The position numbers and the translations under genes were made by a program. Below, piece after piece: positions 39,172 to 48,781 of a DNA stretch of 64,000 nt. The stretch covers positions 14,131-78,130 of the forward strand of contig JANRLW010000014.1 of NCBI GenBank assembly GCA_033762295.1, read 5' to 3'. The notes under the pieces were generated by a model, which saw only the letters and a list, made by a program, of their open reading frames with translations, made no database searches and was not told the origin of the DNA. The stretch comes from Capsulimonadales bacterium. Lineage in GTDB: Bacteria; Armatimonadota; Armatimonadia; Armatimonadales; Armatimonadaceae. How positions within the stretch are numbered: the first letter of the stretch is position 1; each line of letters opens with the position of its first letter.

Positions 39172-40110
39172 TTGCCGCAGATTACGAAAAAAGACAATCA
39201 ATATATCGTCATCGCTCAGGCCGATCACGGAGCGCCGGGCGAACATACCGCGCCCGGTCAGCCTTCCGCGCCCGGCGAGCATACGGGCGGTGAAACCCAC
39301 GCCGGACAGGGCGCGGCTCACGAACCCGTCAATCCGCTCAAGGAGTATCCGGCGCTCTACTTCACCTTCATGGGGCTTCTGGCGCTCGGGATCGTCCTGC
39401 TGTTTTCGGTCATTACGACGCGGAACCTGTCGACGCGCACCCCGTCGAAACCACAGTTGCTCGTGGAGCAGTGCGTCGCCTCGATCCGTTTCTTCTGCCG
39501 CAACACGATCGGACCGGGCGGCGAGCAGTTCGCCCCGTTCGTCGGCACCGTCTTCGCCTTCGTTCTGGTCTCCAACCTGTTCGGCATCCTGCCGATGGTC
39601 GTCAACCGGGGGCACGAGGGCTACTTTTCGCTGACGCCCGCGCCGACCGCCAACCTGTCGATGACCTTCGCGCTCGGTCTGACGGTCTTTCTGTTCAGCC
39701 AGTACATCGGGATCAAGCGGAACGGATTCGCCGCCCACTTCGGGCATATGGCGGGACCGATTCCGGCGCTGGCACCGCTGATCTTTCCGATCGAGCTGAT
39801 CGGAACGCTGGTTCGCCCGATCTCGCTTGCGATGCGTCTTTTCGGAAACATCTTCGGCGAGGAGACGGTCATCGCAGTTCTGCTGACGCTGTCGGTCACG
39901 GCGCTTCCGGTGTTCGTGCCGATTCCGTTCCAGGCGCCGATGCTCGCCTTCGGCGTCTTCGGTTCGATCGTTCAGGCGGGCGTCTTTACGATCCTGACCT
40001 GCGCCTACATCGCGCTGGCGATCGGTGACCACGGCGACCACGAACATGGTCACCATCACGGTCACGATGAGGCCCAGGCCGGAGGGCACGCCGCAGCGGT
40101 CGCCCACTAA
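39172..40110 (+). CDS. atpB: ATP synthase F0 subunit a
   Basis: PTANLSMT, RPISLAMRLFGN, QAGVFTILT; TTG start after GGGAG. Confidence 0.95.
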   Translation: MPQITKKDNQYIVIAQADHGAPGEHTAPGQPSAPGEHTGGETHAGQGAAHEPVNPLKEYPALYFTFMGLLALGIVLLFSVITTRNLSTRTPSKPQLLVEQCVASIRFFCRNTIGPGGEQFAPFVGTVFAFVLVSNLFGILPMVVNRGHEGYFSLTPAPTANLSMTFALGLTVFLFSQYIGIKRNGFAAHFGHMAGPIPALAPLIFPIELIGTLVRPISLAMRLFGNIFGEETVIAVLLTLSVTALPVFVPIPFQAPMLAFGVFGSIVQAGVFTILTCAYIALAIGDHGDHEHGHHHGHDEAQAGGHAAAVAH

Positions 40111-40207
40111 CTGTCAACGTCCTTGTTTCCCTGAGGCTGTCAATACGAATACCGGGCGGGATAAACCAACTCTCCCGCCCTTAACGAAAATCGGAGGAAG
40201 TTAAATC

Positions 40208-40498
40208 ATGTTGTACGTTGGATTGCTGGCCCTCGCCGTGGGCTTTGGTCTGCCGATCGCGGTTATTGGTGCGGGTCTCGGACAGGGCCGCGCCGCCGCC
40301 GCCGCTCTGGAAGGGATCGCCCGCCAGCCGGAGGCCGCCGCGAAGATTCAGACCGCCATGATCATCGCGCTCGCGCTTATCGAATCGCTCGTCATCTATG
40401 CCCTTCTGATGTTCTTCCTTCTGCAGGGCAAGCTGCCGACCATGACCGCCGAGCAGCTGGTTCAGGCCGAACAGGCTGCCGCGACCGCGCGCCAATAA
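40208..40498 (+). CDS. atpE: ATP synthase F0 subunit c
   Basis: GAGLGQG, ARQPEA, IESLVIY. Confidence 0.97.
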   Translation: MLYVGLLALAVGFGLPIAVIGAGLGQGRAAAAALEGIARQPEAAAKIQTAMIIALALIESLVIYALLMFFLLQGKLPTMTAEQLVQAEQAAATARQ

Positions 40499-40602
40499 TT
40501 CGGTCATCCGGACCCGATCCCTCCGATGGTGGGATCGGGTCCGAATCGGTCCGTGGAAACGGCCGCCGGGTCGGCTCTCCTCGACCAAATTAAAGAGGGA
40601 CT

Positions 40603-41175
40603 ATGGATTTTGGAGCATTATTAAGCAACCTGAACTTTGATCCCATAGCCTTTGTTTTCAACGTCGTCGGTTTTGTGGTGTTGCTGGCGGCCGCCAACGT
40701 TCTGGTCTTCAAACCGATCGGAAAAGTCCTGGACGAACGAGAAGGCGACATCAAGACGACGTATGACAGGCTGGAAGCGGATCAGCGTCAGATGAACACG
40801 CTGAAAAGCGAATATGAACAGCGATTGAACCAGATCGAGGCGGAAGCCCGCGAGAAGATTCAGTCGGCGATCAAGGAAGCGCAGTCGGCTCGCGATCAGA
40901 TCATCGGTGAGGCGAATACGCGCGCCCGCGATATGGTCACGCGCGCCGAACGGGAAGTGGAATACGAACGCGAACAGGCGTTGCTCGCGATGCGCGAACA
41001 GGTGGTCGACCTGGCGCTCGGCGCGGCGACCAAGATCATCGGCGACGGACTCGACAACAAGCGTCAGCGCAAACTGATCTCCGAGTTTATCAACGCCGGA
41101 ACGGCGAAGAACGCGCCGAGCGCGGAGAGCGTACCGGCCCCGGCGGCCACGCCCGAAACGGCGCAGGAGGCCTGA
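40603..41175 (+). CDS. atpF: ATP synthase F0 subunit b
   Basis: N-terminal TM, FKPIGKVLDER, long coiled coil. Confidence 0.93.
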   Translation: MDFGALLSNLNFDPIAFVFNVVGFVVLLAAANVLVFKPIGKVLDEREGDIKTTYDRLEADQRQMNTLKSEYEQRLNQIEAEAREKIQSAIKEAQSARDQIIGEANTRARDMVTRAEREVEYEREQALLAMREQVVDLALGAATKIIGDGLDNKRQRKLISEFINAGTAKNAPSAESVPAPAATPETAQEA

Positions 41176-41179
41176 CGTC

Positions 41180-41722
41180 ATGCGTGACGAATCCGTTGCC
41201 CGCCGCTATGCCGCCGCCCTGTTCGAAACGTCCCGGCGGGCCGATAGCCTTGCCGTCGTTCGAAACGATCTGAACAGCGTCGCCGCGGCGATCCGTCAGG
41301 TTCCCGCCCTCCGTACGCTGCTCCAGCAGCCGCTGATCGTCGAGTCGAAGAAAAAGGCGGCGATTCAGTCGCTGTTCACCGGCAAGGTGCATCCGTCGCT
41401 GCTCGCCTTCATGCATCTGCTGGTCGACAAACGACGGATCGACCTCCTGCCGGAGATCAACGACGAGTTCGATCGCCTGGTCAGAAATCACCTCAATATC
41501 GCCCTGGCGACGGCGACGACGGCCGTTCCGCTGACCGCCGACGAAACCAAACAGCTGACGCTCTCCCTGCAGGAGCGCACGGGCCGGACGATCGAACTCA
41601 AGACCGAGGTCGATCCGTCACTGCTCGGCGGTGTGCTGGTCCGGATCGGCGACACGGTTTACGACGGATCGGTCCGGGGCAAGCTGGACCGGCTGCGGGA
41701 GCATCTGCTCGCGCGTCGATAG
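41180..41722 (+). CDS. atpH: ATP synthase F1 delta
   Basis: VARRYAAALF, VDPSLLGG..GDTVYDGSV. Confidence 0.95.
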   Translation: MRDESVARRYAAALFETSRRADSLAVVRNDLNSVAAAIRQVPALRTLLQQPLIVESKKKAAIQSLFTGKVHPSLLAFMHLLVDKRRIDLLPEINDEFDRLVRNHLNIALATATTAVPLTADETKQLTLSLQERTGRTIELKTEVDPSLLGGVLVRIGDTVYDGSVRGKLDRLREHLLARR

Positions 41723-41771
41723 TCTCCCGCCCGCTCTCCACAAAGAAGCGGGTGCAGGAAGGAAATAGGAA

Positions 41772-43283
41772 ATGGCAGTTCGACCCGATGAGATAACAAG
41801 CATCCTCGAACGCGAACTGGCGATGTACCAGAGCGGAATCGAGGAGGTGGGCGTCGGCACCGTGCTTCAGGTCGGCGACGGCGTCGCCCGTATCTATGGC
41901 CTGCGCGATGCCGCCGTCGCGGAGCTTCTGGAGTTTCCCGGCGGCGTCATGGGGATGGCGCTGAACCTGGAAGAGGACAATGTCGGCGCGGTTATCCTCG
42001 GCGACGACACCGGAATCAAGGAAGGCGATACGGTCAAGCGGACCGGACGCATCATCGAAGTGCCGGTGGGCGAGGGCCTGATCGGTCGTGTCGTCAACCC
42101 GCTCGGAGAACCGATCGATGACGGCGGCCCGATCGTCGCCGCCGAACGTCGGCTTCTCGAAACGATGGCCCCCGGCGTCGTCGACCGTCAGCCGGTGAAG
42201 GAGCCGCTCCAGACCGGTATCAAGGCGATCGACGGGATGATTCCGATCGGACGCGGCCAGCGCGAACTGATCATCGGCGACCGCCAGACCGGCAAGACCG
42301 CCGTCGCGCTCGACACCATCCTTAATCAGAAGGGGCAGGATGTCTACTGTTTCTATGTCGCGATCGGTCAGAAAGCGTCCACGGTCCGCCAGGTCGTCGA
42401 GACGCTGAAAGAGTACGGCGCGATGGAGTACACCACCGTCATCGCCGCGCCGGCCTCCTATCCCGCCGCGCTCCAGTACATCGCGCCCTACGCCGGCTGC
42501 GCCATGGCCGAGTACTTCCGGGACAGCGGCCGACATGCTCTGATCATCTACGATGATCTTTCGAAACAGGCCGCCGCCTACCGGCAGGTCTCCCTCCTGC
42601 TGCGCCGTCCGCCGGGACGTGAAGCCTATCCGGGCGACGTCTTCTACCTCCACTCGCGCCTGCTGGAACGCGCCGCGAAACTGAACAAGGAGAAGGGCGG
42701 CGGATCGCTCACCGCACTGCCGATCATCGAAACACAGGCGGGCGACGTCTCCGCGTACATTCCGACCAACGTGATCTCGATCACCGACGGACAGATCTTC
42801 CTCGAAACCGACCTGTTCAACTCGGGTGTTCGGCCGGCGATCAACGTCGGTATCTCGGTTTCCCGCGTCGGCGGTTCGGCGCAGATCAAGGCGATGAAGA
42901 AGGTCGCCGGACGCCTCAAAGTGGAACTGGCGCAGTTCCGCGAAGTCCAGGCGTTCGCGCAGTTCGCCTCCGACCTGGACAAGGCGACCCGCGATCAGCT
43001 CAACCGGGGCGTTCGTCTGGTCGAACTGCTCAAGCAGGGCCAGTTCCAGCCGCTGCCGGTCGAGGAGCAGATCATCTCCATCTTCACCGGAACCAACGGC
43101 TTCCTCGATGACCTGCCGGTGGATCAGGTACGCCGCTTCGAGGCGGAACTGCTTGCCTTCATCAAGGATAAGTACCCGGAGATCCCGGAACTGATCCGCC
43201 AGAGCAAGGACCTGTCGAACGACGGGACCGATACCCTGCGCAAGGCCATTACCGAGTTCAAAGCCCGGTTCACCGGTCGGTAA
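41772..43283 (+). CDS. atpA: ATP synthase F1 alpha
   Basis: [29 protein letters not shown]. Confidence 0.98.
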   Translation: MAVRPDEITSILERELAMYQSGIEEVGVGTVLQVGDGVARIYGLRDAAVAELLEFPGGVMGMALNLEEDNVGAVILGDDTGIKEGDTVKRTGRIIEVPVGEGLIGRVVNPLGEPIDDGGPIVAAERRLLETMAPGVVDRQPVKEPLQTGIKAIDGMIPIGRGQRELIIGDRQTGKTAVALDTILNQKGQDVYCFYVAIGQKASTVRQVVETLKEYGAMEYTTVIAAPASYPAALQYIAPYAGCAMAEYFRDSGRHALIIYDDLSKQAAAYRQVSLLLRRPPGREAYPGDVFYLHSRLLERAAKLNKEKGGGSLTALPIIETQAGDVSAYIPTNVISITDGQIFLETDLFNSGVRPAINVGISVSRVGGSAQIKAMKKVAGRLKVELAQFREVQAFAQFASDLDKATRDQLNRGVRLVELLKQGQFQPLPVEEQIISIFTGTNGFLDDLPVDQVRRFEAELLAFIKDKYPEIPELIRQSKDLSNDGTDTLRKAITEFKARFTGR

Positions 43284-43301
43284 ACCGAAACGAATCCGAA
43301 A

Positions 43302-43337
43302 AAAACCGCCCGCCGGATCTCTCCGGCGGGCGGTTTT
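43302..43337. terminator. Bidirectional terminator after atpA
   Basis: AAAACCGCCCGCCGGA-TCTC-TCCGGCGGGCGGTTTT. Confidence 0.85.
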
Positions 43338-43363
43338 GCGTGTGTCCCCTCTCTTCTTCGACG

Positions 43364-44056
43364 TCAGAATCCGTAAAGGCGGCGGATGGTATTGATATCG
43401 CGCGCCGTCAGAAGCCCGTTGGCCGCCGGTTCGTTCGGGTTCAAGACCGGCGACATCCGGTCGGCGGCGACATCGCTATGGCCATGCGGCGGCTGATTGT
43501 CGATCAGTCCCAGGGCATGCCCCCACTCATGCGCCATGATACGCGCCTGCATCAGCGGTGAAACGGTCTTCGCCTGCTCGGACAGTCGGATCGTCATATC
43601 GACGATCGCGCCATCCTCGTACCAGGAGCCTTCGGTAACACCATGCAGGGTGTTGCCTACCTCCCGGAACGTCACCTCGACATCGGCATCGGCGTCCTCG
43701 GTCACCCGGTAGGTCAGCCGTCCGCCGGTGCCGTCCTTCCAGGCATCCATTCCCTGCCGCAGCCGGCTTTCGATCTCGGGCGTGATTCCCGAAGCGCGAT
43801 CGAACCGAACCCGAATCGGCAATCTTGTCCACCGCGGATAGCGGGAATTATAGTAATCGCCGGTCGTGACCGGACTCGGGGTCGGCGTGGAGGTCGCCGC
43901 GGGCGTCGGTATCTGCGCTCCACTGCTGCCGCTCCGGGGCGAACCGCCCCCGCTGCCGCCGCATCCGATTCCCGGAACGATCGCGAAAAGCGCCAGCGCG
44001 ACGGAGCAAACACGCCGAACAACCGAAACGCTCCGCGCCATCGACGTATGTGTCAT
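43364..44056 (-). CDS. Matrixin-like (metzincin) metalloprotease lipoprotein
   Basis: Lipobox GIGC, Ser/Thr/Pro linker, HEWGHALGL...GHS, Met-turn DRMSP, LTARDINT. Confidence 0.85.
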   Translation of the reverse strand: MTHTSMARSVSVVRRVCSVALALFAIVPGIGCGGSGGGSPRSGSSGAQIPTPAATSTPTPSPVTTGDYYNSRYPRWTRLPIRVRFDRASGITPEIESRLRQGMDAWKDGTGGRLTYRVTEDADADVEVTFREVGNTLHGVTEGSWYEDGAIVDMTIRLSEQAKTVSPLMQARIMAHEWGHALGLIDNQPPHGHSDVAADRMSPVLNPNEPAANGLLTARDINTIRRLYGF

Positions 44057-44079
44057 GTATCCTTGCCTCTTTCTCAAAC

Positions 44080-44121
44080 AAGCTGTGAAAAGCTTTGAAC
44101 AAGCTATGAACCAATGGTGAA
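44080..44121 (-). promoter_or_regulatory. Tandem direct-repeat array upstream of protease gene
   Basis: AAGCTgTGAA / AAGCTtTGAA / AAGCTaTGAA / caatggTGAA at 10-11-bp spacing. Confidence 0.6.
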
Positions 44122-44247
44122 TCGATGATTTCGTCCGCCATTTATTTATTCCGTATTTCTGTGTCGATTCGCCAGCCCGGCGGGCCGGTTGTGGAGTCTC
44201 TCACCAATGAGGTTTGTCACACGTGCCGAGAACCGGGGAAAGGCGCA

Positions 44248-46551
44248 TCAGGGTCGCCGTTGCTCCGCCGGACGAAGGCGGACGCGCAGCGTAGCGTAAC
44301 CGTCGATCTGAAAATGTTCGACCCGGATTTTATGCTTCCCGCTCAATGTCAACGGAGCGGTATACAGGGTCGGTCCCTGGTATTTCCAGGCATCGGCGAT
44401 CACCGGTTTTTCGTCGACGAACACCCGGCAGCCATCGTCGGTGGTCACTTCCAGGAGATATACCCCGGGATCGACATCCAGATTCCCTTCGGCTACGGTA
44501 GCGAAGTAATCCGCAGGGACACCCGGTCGGAATTTGCCATAGCCGGCGAAATCCAGTCGGTCGGTCGTAAAGACGGCCAGAGGCTCACCTTTCCGTCGTT
44601 CGTCGAAGGCGTCCGGCCGGGTTCGAGGGTCGCTTTTATCCTTTTCCCAGGAGTAAAATTGCACCTTCCAGTCGATCGGGGCGAAAAACGAGGCGTATCC
44701 GAAGGGGAAGGGCTTTCCGGCCGGAGTCCGTATCCCCCGGTAGTCCCGCGTCTCCCGCCCGATATATTCCAGGTCGATCGTCACGGCCCGCGCCTTGCCG
44801 GGGACGTTTTCGATCCGCGCGGCCACCCTGCCGGGAACCGTGCCGGAGGTCGCCGCCTGACGGGTTGCGGGATCGATCAGGCGGATACCCGGAGAGAGGT
44901 TTTTTACCGTCCAGCGTCCGGGCGGGCCGAGAATTTCGAAGGTGGTCGTTTCCCGGTCGACGGTTCGGGGATGAAGCAACGGACGCCCGAAATCGTACGG
45001 TCCCCACGAATCGATCAGGATATAGCGGCGGCCCCGCAACGCCCCCGGTTTCAGGAACGGATCGATCCCCCCTTTCAGAGGCGTCGGAGCGAGCGTTCGG
45101 ACGGTTTTGTCGGAAGGGCGAAACGGATTCCAGGGAGCGTCGAACCGTTTCCGGTAGGCTTCGGCATTCTCCTCCGAGGTGGGAAGGGAGTTTCCGCTGT
45201 CGGCCATCGTTCGAACGATCGGCGTCTCATAGGGGATTTTTTCCTCCCGGTTTTCCGTGAACTTCAGTTCGGAAACGTCCTGTGGATCTCCGAGAAGCGG
45301 GGTATTGACGAGAAGATTCCCCCTTATATATATGTCTCGCGAGCGGCGAAGATGAACGGCCGGTTTCGCCAGGTCGAAGAACGTATTCTTTGTAATTTTG
45401 TAACCGTGGCTTGCCGTATCGCGATGCTTCGGATAACCCCAGTTCGGGTCCTGTGTCGGATTGGCCCAGAGTCGGATTGCCAGATTGTCTTCGAAGAAGG
45501 TGTTTCCGACGATCTCGTTCGTCTGTCCGTGCTCGATCGCAACCCCTTCGGCATTCCGACCGAAGCTGTTGCCGAGGATTTTCGTATCGTACGAGTACCC
45601 GCCCCAGACCCCGTGCCAGCACTCCCATATTTTGTTATTGGCGAACGTGTTTCGTGAGAAGGTCGCTTCGATACCGTTGGTCGGCGAATGAGAAAAGTCG
45701 TTGCCGAACAACAGGTTCCCGTTGCAGCCTCCCTGGCCGGTATCCATGGTGGTCTGTCCGGCCCAGAGGAAGAAGCCGTCGCCGCCGTGGGTCACGGAGT
45801 TGTAGGCGAAGATGTTGTCATGGCTCTGCTCATAGACGAGAATTCCGGCTGAGTCCTGGCCCCGGTTGTAGACGCCATGGGAATAACCGCGAACGCACCA
45901 GTCGATTCGGTTATGCATCACCCGGTTCGCGGAGGATCGGTAAAGGCCGAGGCCGACCCCGGAAAGAAAGGAGAAATCGTTATTCCAAACACGCCCCTGA
46001 TCGCAGCGGGTGAGCATCAGGCCGCACTGCCCGCCTCGAATACGGCAGTTCCGGATTTCGAAACCACGACAATCCTTCAGGTAAATTCCTGCGCCGTAGC
46101 GCAGCCACTCGTCCTTTTCGTTTTGATGAAAGCTCATCCAGTCCGAAAGGTCTTCTCGTTCGTCGGTGCTTGCCAGGCGTTGTTTCCAGTTGTCGGAAAG
46201 ATCGGAATCGAGGACCTTCAGTCCGGGCGAGTTCTCGGCGAGGATGCCTACCTTATAGCCATGAACCCGGACACGGCGCAGGGTGACGTTCCTGCCCCGG
46301 ACCCGGATTCCGGTGCCACGACGCCGGTCCGGTTCGGTCGTTTCCGGCGTTCCCCGCAGTATCGCGCCACCGAAATCCACCGTGAGATTATCCCCTTCAA
46401 TGACGATTGCCGCGCCCGCGCCCTCCGGGGAATCGTCCGGAATGAGAAAGTTTCCCTGAGAAAAGTTAGTGGACCGGGTGATTTTTCCGGCGCGGGGAGG
46501 TTCTATGGGCAGAAGAAGGGAGGAGACAACGAGGGGAACGAGCAGAAACAT
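44248..46551 (-). CDS. Right-handed beta-helix (NosD/pectate-lyase-like) protein with C-terminal PA14 domain
   Basis: Repeated Asn-ladder segments; C-terminal TDDGCRVFVD..W..HKIRVEHFQIDG. Confidence 0.75.
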   Translation of the reverse strand: MFLLVPLVVSSLLLPIEPPRAGKITRSTNFSQGNFLIPDDSPEGAGAAIVIEGDNLTVDFGGAILRGTPETTEPDRRRGTGIRVRGRNVTLRRVRVHGYKVGILAENSPGLKVLDSDLSDNWKQRLASTDEREDLSDWMSFHQNEKDEWLRYGAGIYLKDCRGFEIRNCRIRGGQCGLMLTRCDQGRVWNNDFSFLSGVGLGLYRSSANRVMHNRIDWCVRGYSHGVYNRGQDSAGILVYEQSHDNIFAYNSVTHGGDGFFLWAGQTTMDTGQGGCNGNLLFGNDFSHSPTNGIEATFSRNTFANNKIWECWHGVWGGYSYDTKILGNSFGRNAEGVAIEHGQTNEIVGNTFFEDNLAIRLWANPTQDPNWGYPKHRDTASHGYKITKNTFFDLAKPAVHLRRSRDIYIRGNLLVNTPLLGDPQDVSELKFTENREEKIPYETPIVRTMADSGNSLPTSEENAEAYRKRFDAPWNPFRPSDKTVRTLAPTPLKGGIDPFLKPGALRGRRYILIDSWGPYDFGRPLLHPRTVDRETTTFEILGPPGRWTVKNLSPGIRLIDPATRQAATSGTVPGRVAARIENVPGKARAVTIDLEYIGRETRDYRGIRTPAGKPFPFGYASFFAPIDWKVQFYSWEKDKSDPRTRPDAFDERRKGEPLAVFTTDRLDFAGYGKFRPGVPADYFATVAEGNLDVDPGVYLLEVTTDDGCRVFVDEKPVIADAWKYQGPTLYTAPLTLSGKHKIRVEHFQIDGYATLRVRLRPAEQRRP

Positions 46552-46945
46552 CGGCGCGCACTCCTGAATATTCGGCGGTTTTTCCGTTGGATTTTATCAT
46601 TCGAGGAGGAGAACGCCCGGCAAACAATTCCGGACCGGAAACGAGGATGGATTAATCCGGGGTGCCGGGGTATACTGACTCCGTGCGTTTCGCGGAGGCA
46701 TTCCCCCCTTCCGCAGGTATCGTGATTCGGATAACGGACAAAGCGTTCCTCGGTGTGTCGCCCCAGGAGGCTCTCCGGACGGACGAGAGTTGAGAAGAGA
46801 TCCGTCCTGTTTTGCTTGAAATCCGCTGCCATCGACGGCCCGTTCCCGCCGGACGAGGGCAGGCCAGTGTACTGACAAATGCATCGCCGATGCAATCGGG
46901 CTTTTCGGCTGGGACTGAACGGGGGAATTTCGGAGAGCAGAGTAA

Positions 46946-47461
46946 ATGCGTATCTATGTGGGCGGGCTGCCTTACAGTGTCAACTCGGAGCAGCTTGCGG
47001 AATTGTTTGGTCAGGTCGGAACGGTTGCCGACGCGGCGGTTGTCGAGGACAAGTTCTCCGGTCAGTCGCGCGGCTTCGGCTTTGTCGAGATGTTGAATGA
47101 GGATGAGGCTCGGGCAGCGATCACACGTTATAACGGCTTTATGATGGGCGGACGCTCGCTGACGGTCAACGAAGCGAAACCCCGTGATGACCGGGGTGGC
47201 GGCGGACGCGGCGGCTACGGCGGCGGTGGTGGCGGCGGCTACCGTGACAGCGGCGGTGGTGGCGGCGGCTACCGCGATCGCGACAGCGGTGGTGGTGGCT
47301 ACGGCGGTGGCGGTGGCGGCTACGGTGGCGGCGGCTACGGCGGTGGCGGCGGACGCAGTGGCGGCGGTGGCTACGGCGGTGGCGGCGGACGTAGCGGCGG
47401 CGGTGGCTACGGCGGTGGCGGCGGACGCGGCGGACGAGATCGCGACCGAGATCGCTATTGA
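46946..47461 (+). CDS. RRM RNA-binding protein with Gly/Tyr/Arg-rich tail
   Basis: RNP2 IYVGGL, RNP1 RGFGFVEM, LTVNEAKPR, GGYGGGG repeats. Confidence 0.95.
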   Translation: MRIYVGGLPYSVNSEQLAELFGQVGTVADAAVVEDKFSGQSRGFGFVEMLNEDEARAAITRYNGFMMGGRSLTVNEAKPRDDRGGGGRGGYGGGGGGGYRDSGGGGGGYRDRDSGGGGYGGGGGGYGGGGYGGGGGRSGGGGYGGGGGRSGGGGYGGGGGRGGRDRDRDRY

Positions 47462-47587
47462 TTTTTCCCACCGTTTTCGAGGGCGGAGGGCGGCCCGTCA
47501 ACGAAGACGATGCATGGGACAGGGCAGGGACCGAACGGGTTCCTGCCCTTTTCGCATCTCCGGCCCACCGCTCCGACCGACCGACGG

Positions 47588-48316
47588 CTAAAGGAGCCCG
47601 GTTCGCTCGCCGGTCAGAAACGGCCAGACCCGTTCCGGCAGGCCGTATCCGATCAGCCCGCCGATGATTGTGGACAGACCGCCGAGAACGCCGTACAAGA
47701 CCGCGCGCGACCAGGAGCCCTCCTTCAGCGTCCGATGAGCCAGCGGCGCGAGGCAGAAGCCGATGAACAGTTCGGCGAGGATGATATAGAGCGGCGTATG
47801 CGTCCCGGGAAGCATCCGGCAATCGCGGTACTGCCACCAGTTCGCATATCGGGCCATCTCTTCGTAGAACGGGATATTGACCGCCCCGAGGAGAGCGGTC
47901 AGGAACGCTCCCGTCCACTCGCCGAAGCGATCGATCATCCGGGAGCCAAGATAACCGATCTGGATCGAGACGACCATCCAGGCGACCGGCATCCACCATG
48001 GCGACTCCAGGATCATCGGGCTTTTCGCGGGGGAGTAATCCAGGGTGCCGGTAAACCGAACGCAAAGAGCATCCGCCACCAGTTCGACCAGACCGAAGAC
48101 GGCGCCGAATACAAGGAGTCGGGCAAACGGCCGGTCACGGCGAAAAAGCGCGTACGCCGTCAACAGGGAGGTGTTCACGATGCCGAGAAGGGCGGCGGTT
48201 TTTCCGTCCGACCACGGCTGGCGAAAAACAAGGGCGATGGTAAGAAGGGACAGTCCGACGGTCAGAAGGACCACCGTCAGTCGGCCTTTTTCCGGTTCGG
48301 GATCGGTCGTTATCAT
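47588..48316 (-). CDS. Hypothetical multi-pass membrane protein
   Basis: About 7 TM segments; GLVELVAD, PWWMPVAW, PFYEEMA..WWQY. Confidence 0.65.
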   Translation of the reverse strand: MITTDPEPEKGRLTVVLLTVGLSLLTIALVFRQPWSDGKTAALLGIVNTSLLTAYALFRRDRPFARLLVFGAVFGLVELVADALCVRFTGTLDYSPAKSPMILESPWWMPVAWMVVSIQIGYLGSRMIDRFGEWTGAFLTALLGAVNIPFYEEMARYANWWQYRDCRMLPGTHTPLYIILAELFIGFCLAPLAHRTLKEGSWSRAVLYGVLGGLSTIIGGLIGYGLPERVWPFLTGERTGLL

Positions 48317-48639
48317 CGTCAATTTCCGACGATCCGGGGGCCGGTTCGGTTCCCGAATTCCGCCCGTCCGCCTTCCCGTCAAGGAGACATTTTTATACAT
48401 ATATTAATCGAAGTGGCGGGGGGTCGTAGGAGCGAAACCGTTTGCCCTGTGTTTGCCCTTCAATGATATGTACTGCCTTTTACAAACGAATGTTTGCCGT
48501 CTTCGCACGATTCCGGAAGTTATGTGCAGGTTCTGCGTAATGAATGCGGTTCTTCCCAAGAGAAATTTTCTGTGCTACTTGACGTTGCATTTTGCCGCTC
48601 CCGTGCGTGTCTTGCGCGTTATCCTCGCTTAAAAAACTG

Positions 48640-48668
48640 TTGCCGGGGGGTAGCACATTTGCTATAAT
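48640..48668 (+). promoter_or_regulatory. dnaA promoter
   Basis: TTGCCG-N17-TATAAT with extended TG. Confidence 0.75.
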
Positions 48669-48781
48669 CCTGCCCGTACCCCACCACCGGTAGTGTTTTT
48701 CGCCTCGTATCGCTCGGCAACGAGCGATTTTCGCATTTCTGTCGGATGGGGATACCGGGGAAGGGTTGTGGCGAAACGACG

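Noticed and set aside
47190..47440. GGC/GGT repeats as a non-coding repeat element
   Set aside because: Fully explained by the Gly-rich tail of the RRM protein
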